A stretch of DNA of 64,000 nt from Planctomycetota bacterium (GTDB lineage: Bacteria > Planctomycetota > Phycisphaerae > UBA1845). This document shows, piece by piece, positions 63,880 to 64,000 of the stretch. The notes under the pieces are model-generated. The model was not told where the DNA came from. It did not search any database and saw nothing but the letters and a program-made list of their open reading frames with translations. Location: the NCBI GenBank assembly GCA_016200265.1, contig JACQFE010000049.1, positions 22,277-86,276 on the forward strand. Reading direction: 5' to 3'. Positions within the stretch are counted from its first letter, which is position 1; every line of letters begins with the position of its first letter. The translations under genes and the position numbers were made by a program.

Positions 63880-64000
63880 CTAAATCCCGCGTTTGGAGCG
63901 TTCAGGAGTGACCGGTACGGATCGCGAAGCGTCGTCCAGTTTCTTGATTTCGGATTGGATCTTGGCCAGCGCTTCGGGGTCATCCCAGAATTCAGGTGAG
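63880..64000 (-). CDS. 3' end of an ORF entering from beyond the window (unknown product)
   Basis: My own translation gives ...SPEFWDDPEALAKIQSEIKKLDDASRSVPVTPERSKRGI*. Only 40 codons are visible. Confidence 0.25.
   Translation of the reverse strand, partial: SPEFWDDPEALAKIQSEIKKLDDASRSVPVTPERSKRGI

Noticed and set aside
63880-64000. A partial minus-strand ORF whose visible peptide (PEFWDDPEALAKIQSEIKKL) resembles the N-terminal helix of release factor RF2.
   Set aside because: The ORF stops after 40 visible codons, only 64 nt from the protease gene, so no RF2 body can follow. The upstream part lies outside the window. I cannot distinguish a small unrelated protein from a prfB remnant.

Overview
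GC-rich bacterial chromosomal segment. The gene content, the CxxC-x-YDLRG-CxxC tail motif and several small palindromic repeat families suggest a Planctomycetota-like organism, but that is inference only. All calls come from reading the ORF track and the sequence by eye; no BLAST, HMM or folding was run. I support about 60 protein-coding genes. I saw no rRNA, tRNA or CRISPR array. Gene blocks in order: (1) a czcCBA-like RND efflux operon, 1-4.6 kb, minus strand; the RND pump gene runs off the left edge. (2) A GT-C membrane glycosyltransferase. (3) A livK-livH-livM/G branched-chain amino-acid ABC operon with a fused permease-ATPase and no livF, 6.5-10.5 kb. (4) A Cys-rich secreted repeat protein, rlmN, and three consecutive lipoproteins. 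(5) xseA-xseB, a HAMP-GGDEF cyclase, a CPBP protease and a NUDIX-like gene. (6) A sugar-nucleotide/EPS precursor block (DUF3473 deacetylase, epimerase, ugd, wecB), 20.3-24.9 kb. (7) polX, small envelope proteins, GYF+AIM24, yceH-like, hsp20, ileS, htrA, CDGSH and an oversized prepilin peptidase, 26-39 kb. (8) An accessory-looking patch at 40.6-48.7 kb. (9) An epimerase, FHA, GT2, RNase E/G with DUF2344, and hpf-ptsN-ptsH-ptsI, 48.7-57.6 kb. (10) gcdH and a 1,200-aa multidomain Lys-C-like protease. The most unusual locus is at 44.1-47.3 kb. There, a XerC/XerD-family recombinase ORF lacks its catalytic His/Tyr segment. A 159-nt piece of its 3' coding region is repeated about 2.1 kb downstream, and the two copies bracket a single RCC1-repeat/IPTL-CTERM gene. 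Each junction carries the same hairpin element, and one junction is nested. At least five families of short palindromic (REP-like) elements are scattered through the window, and two copies lie inside coding sequence, including ileS.
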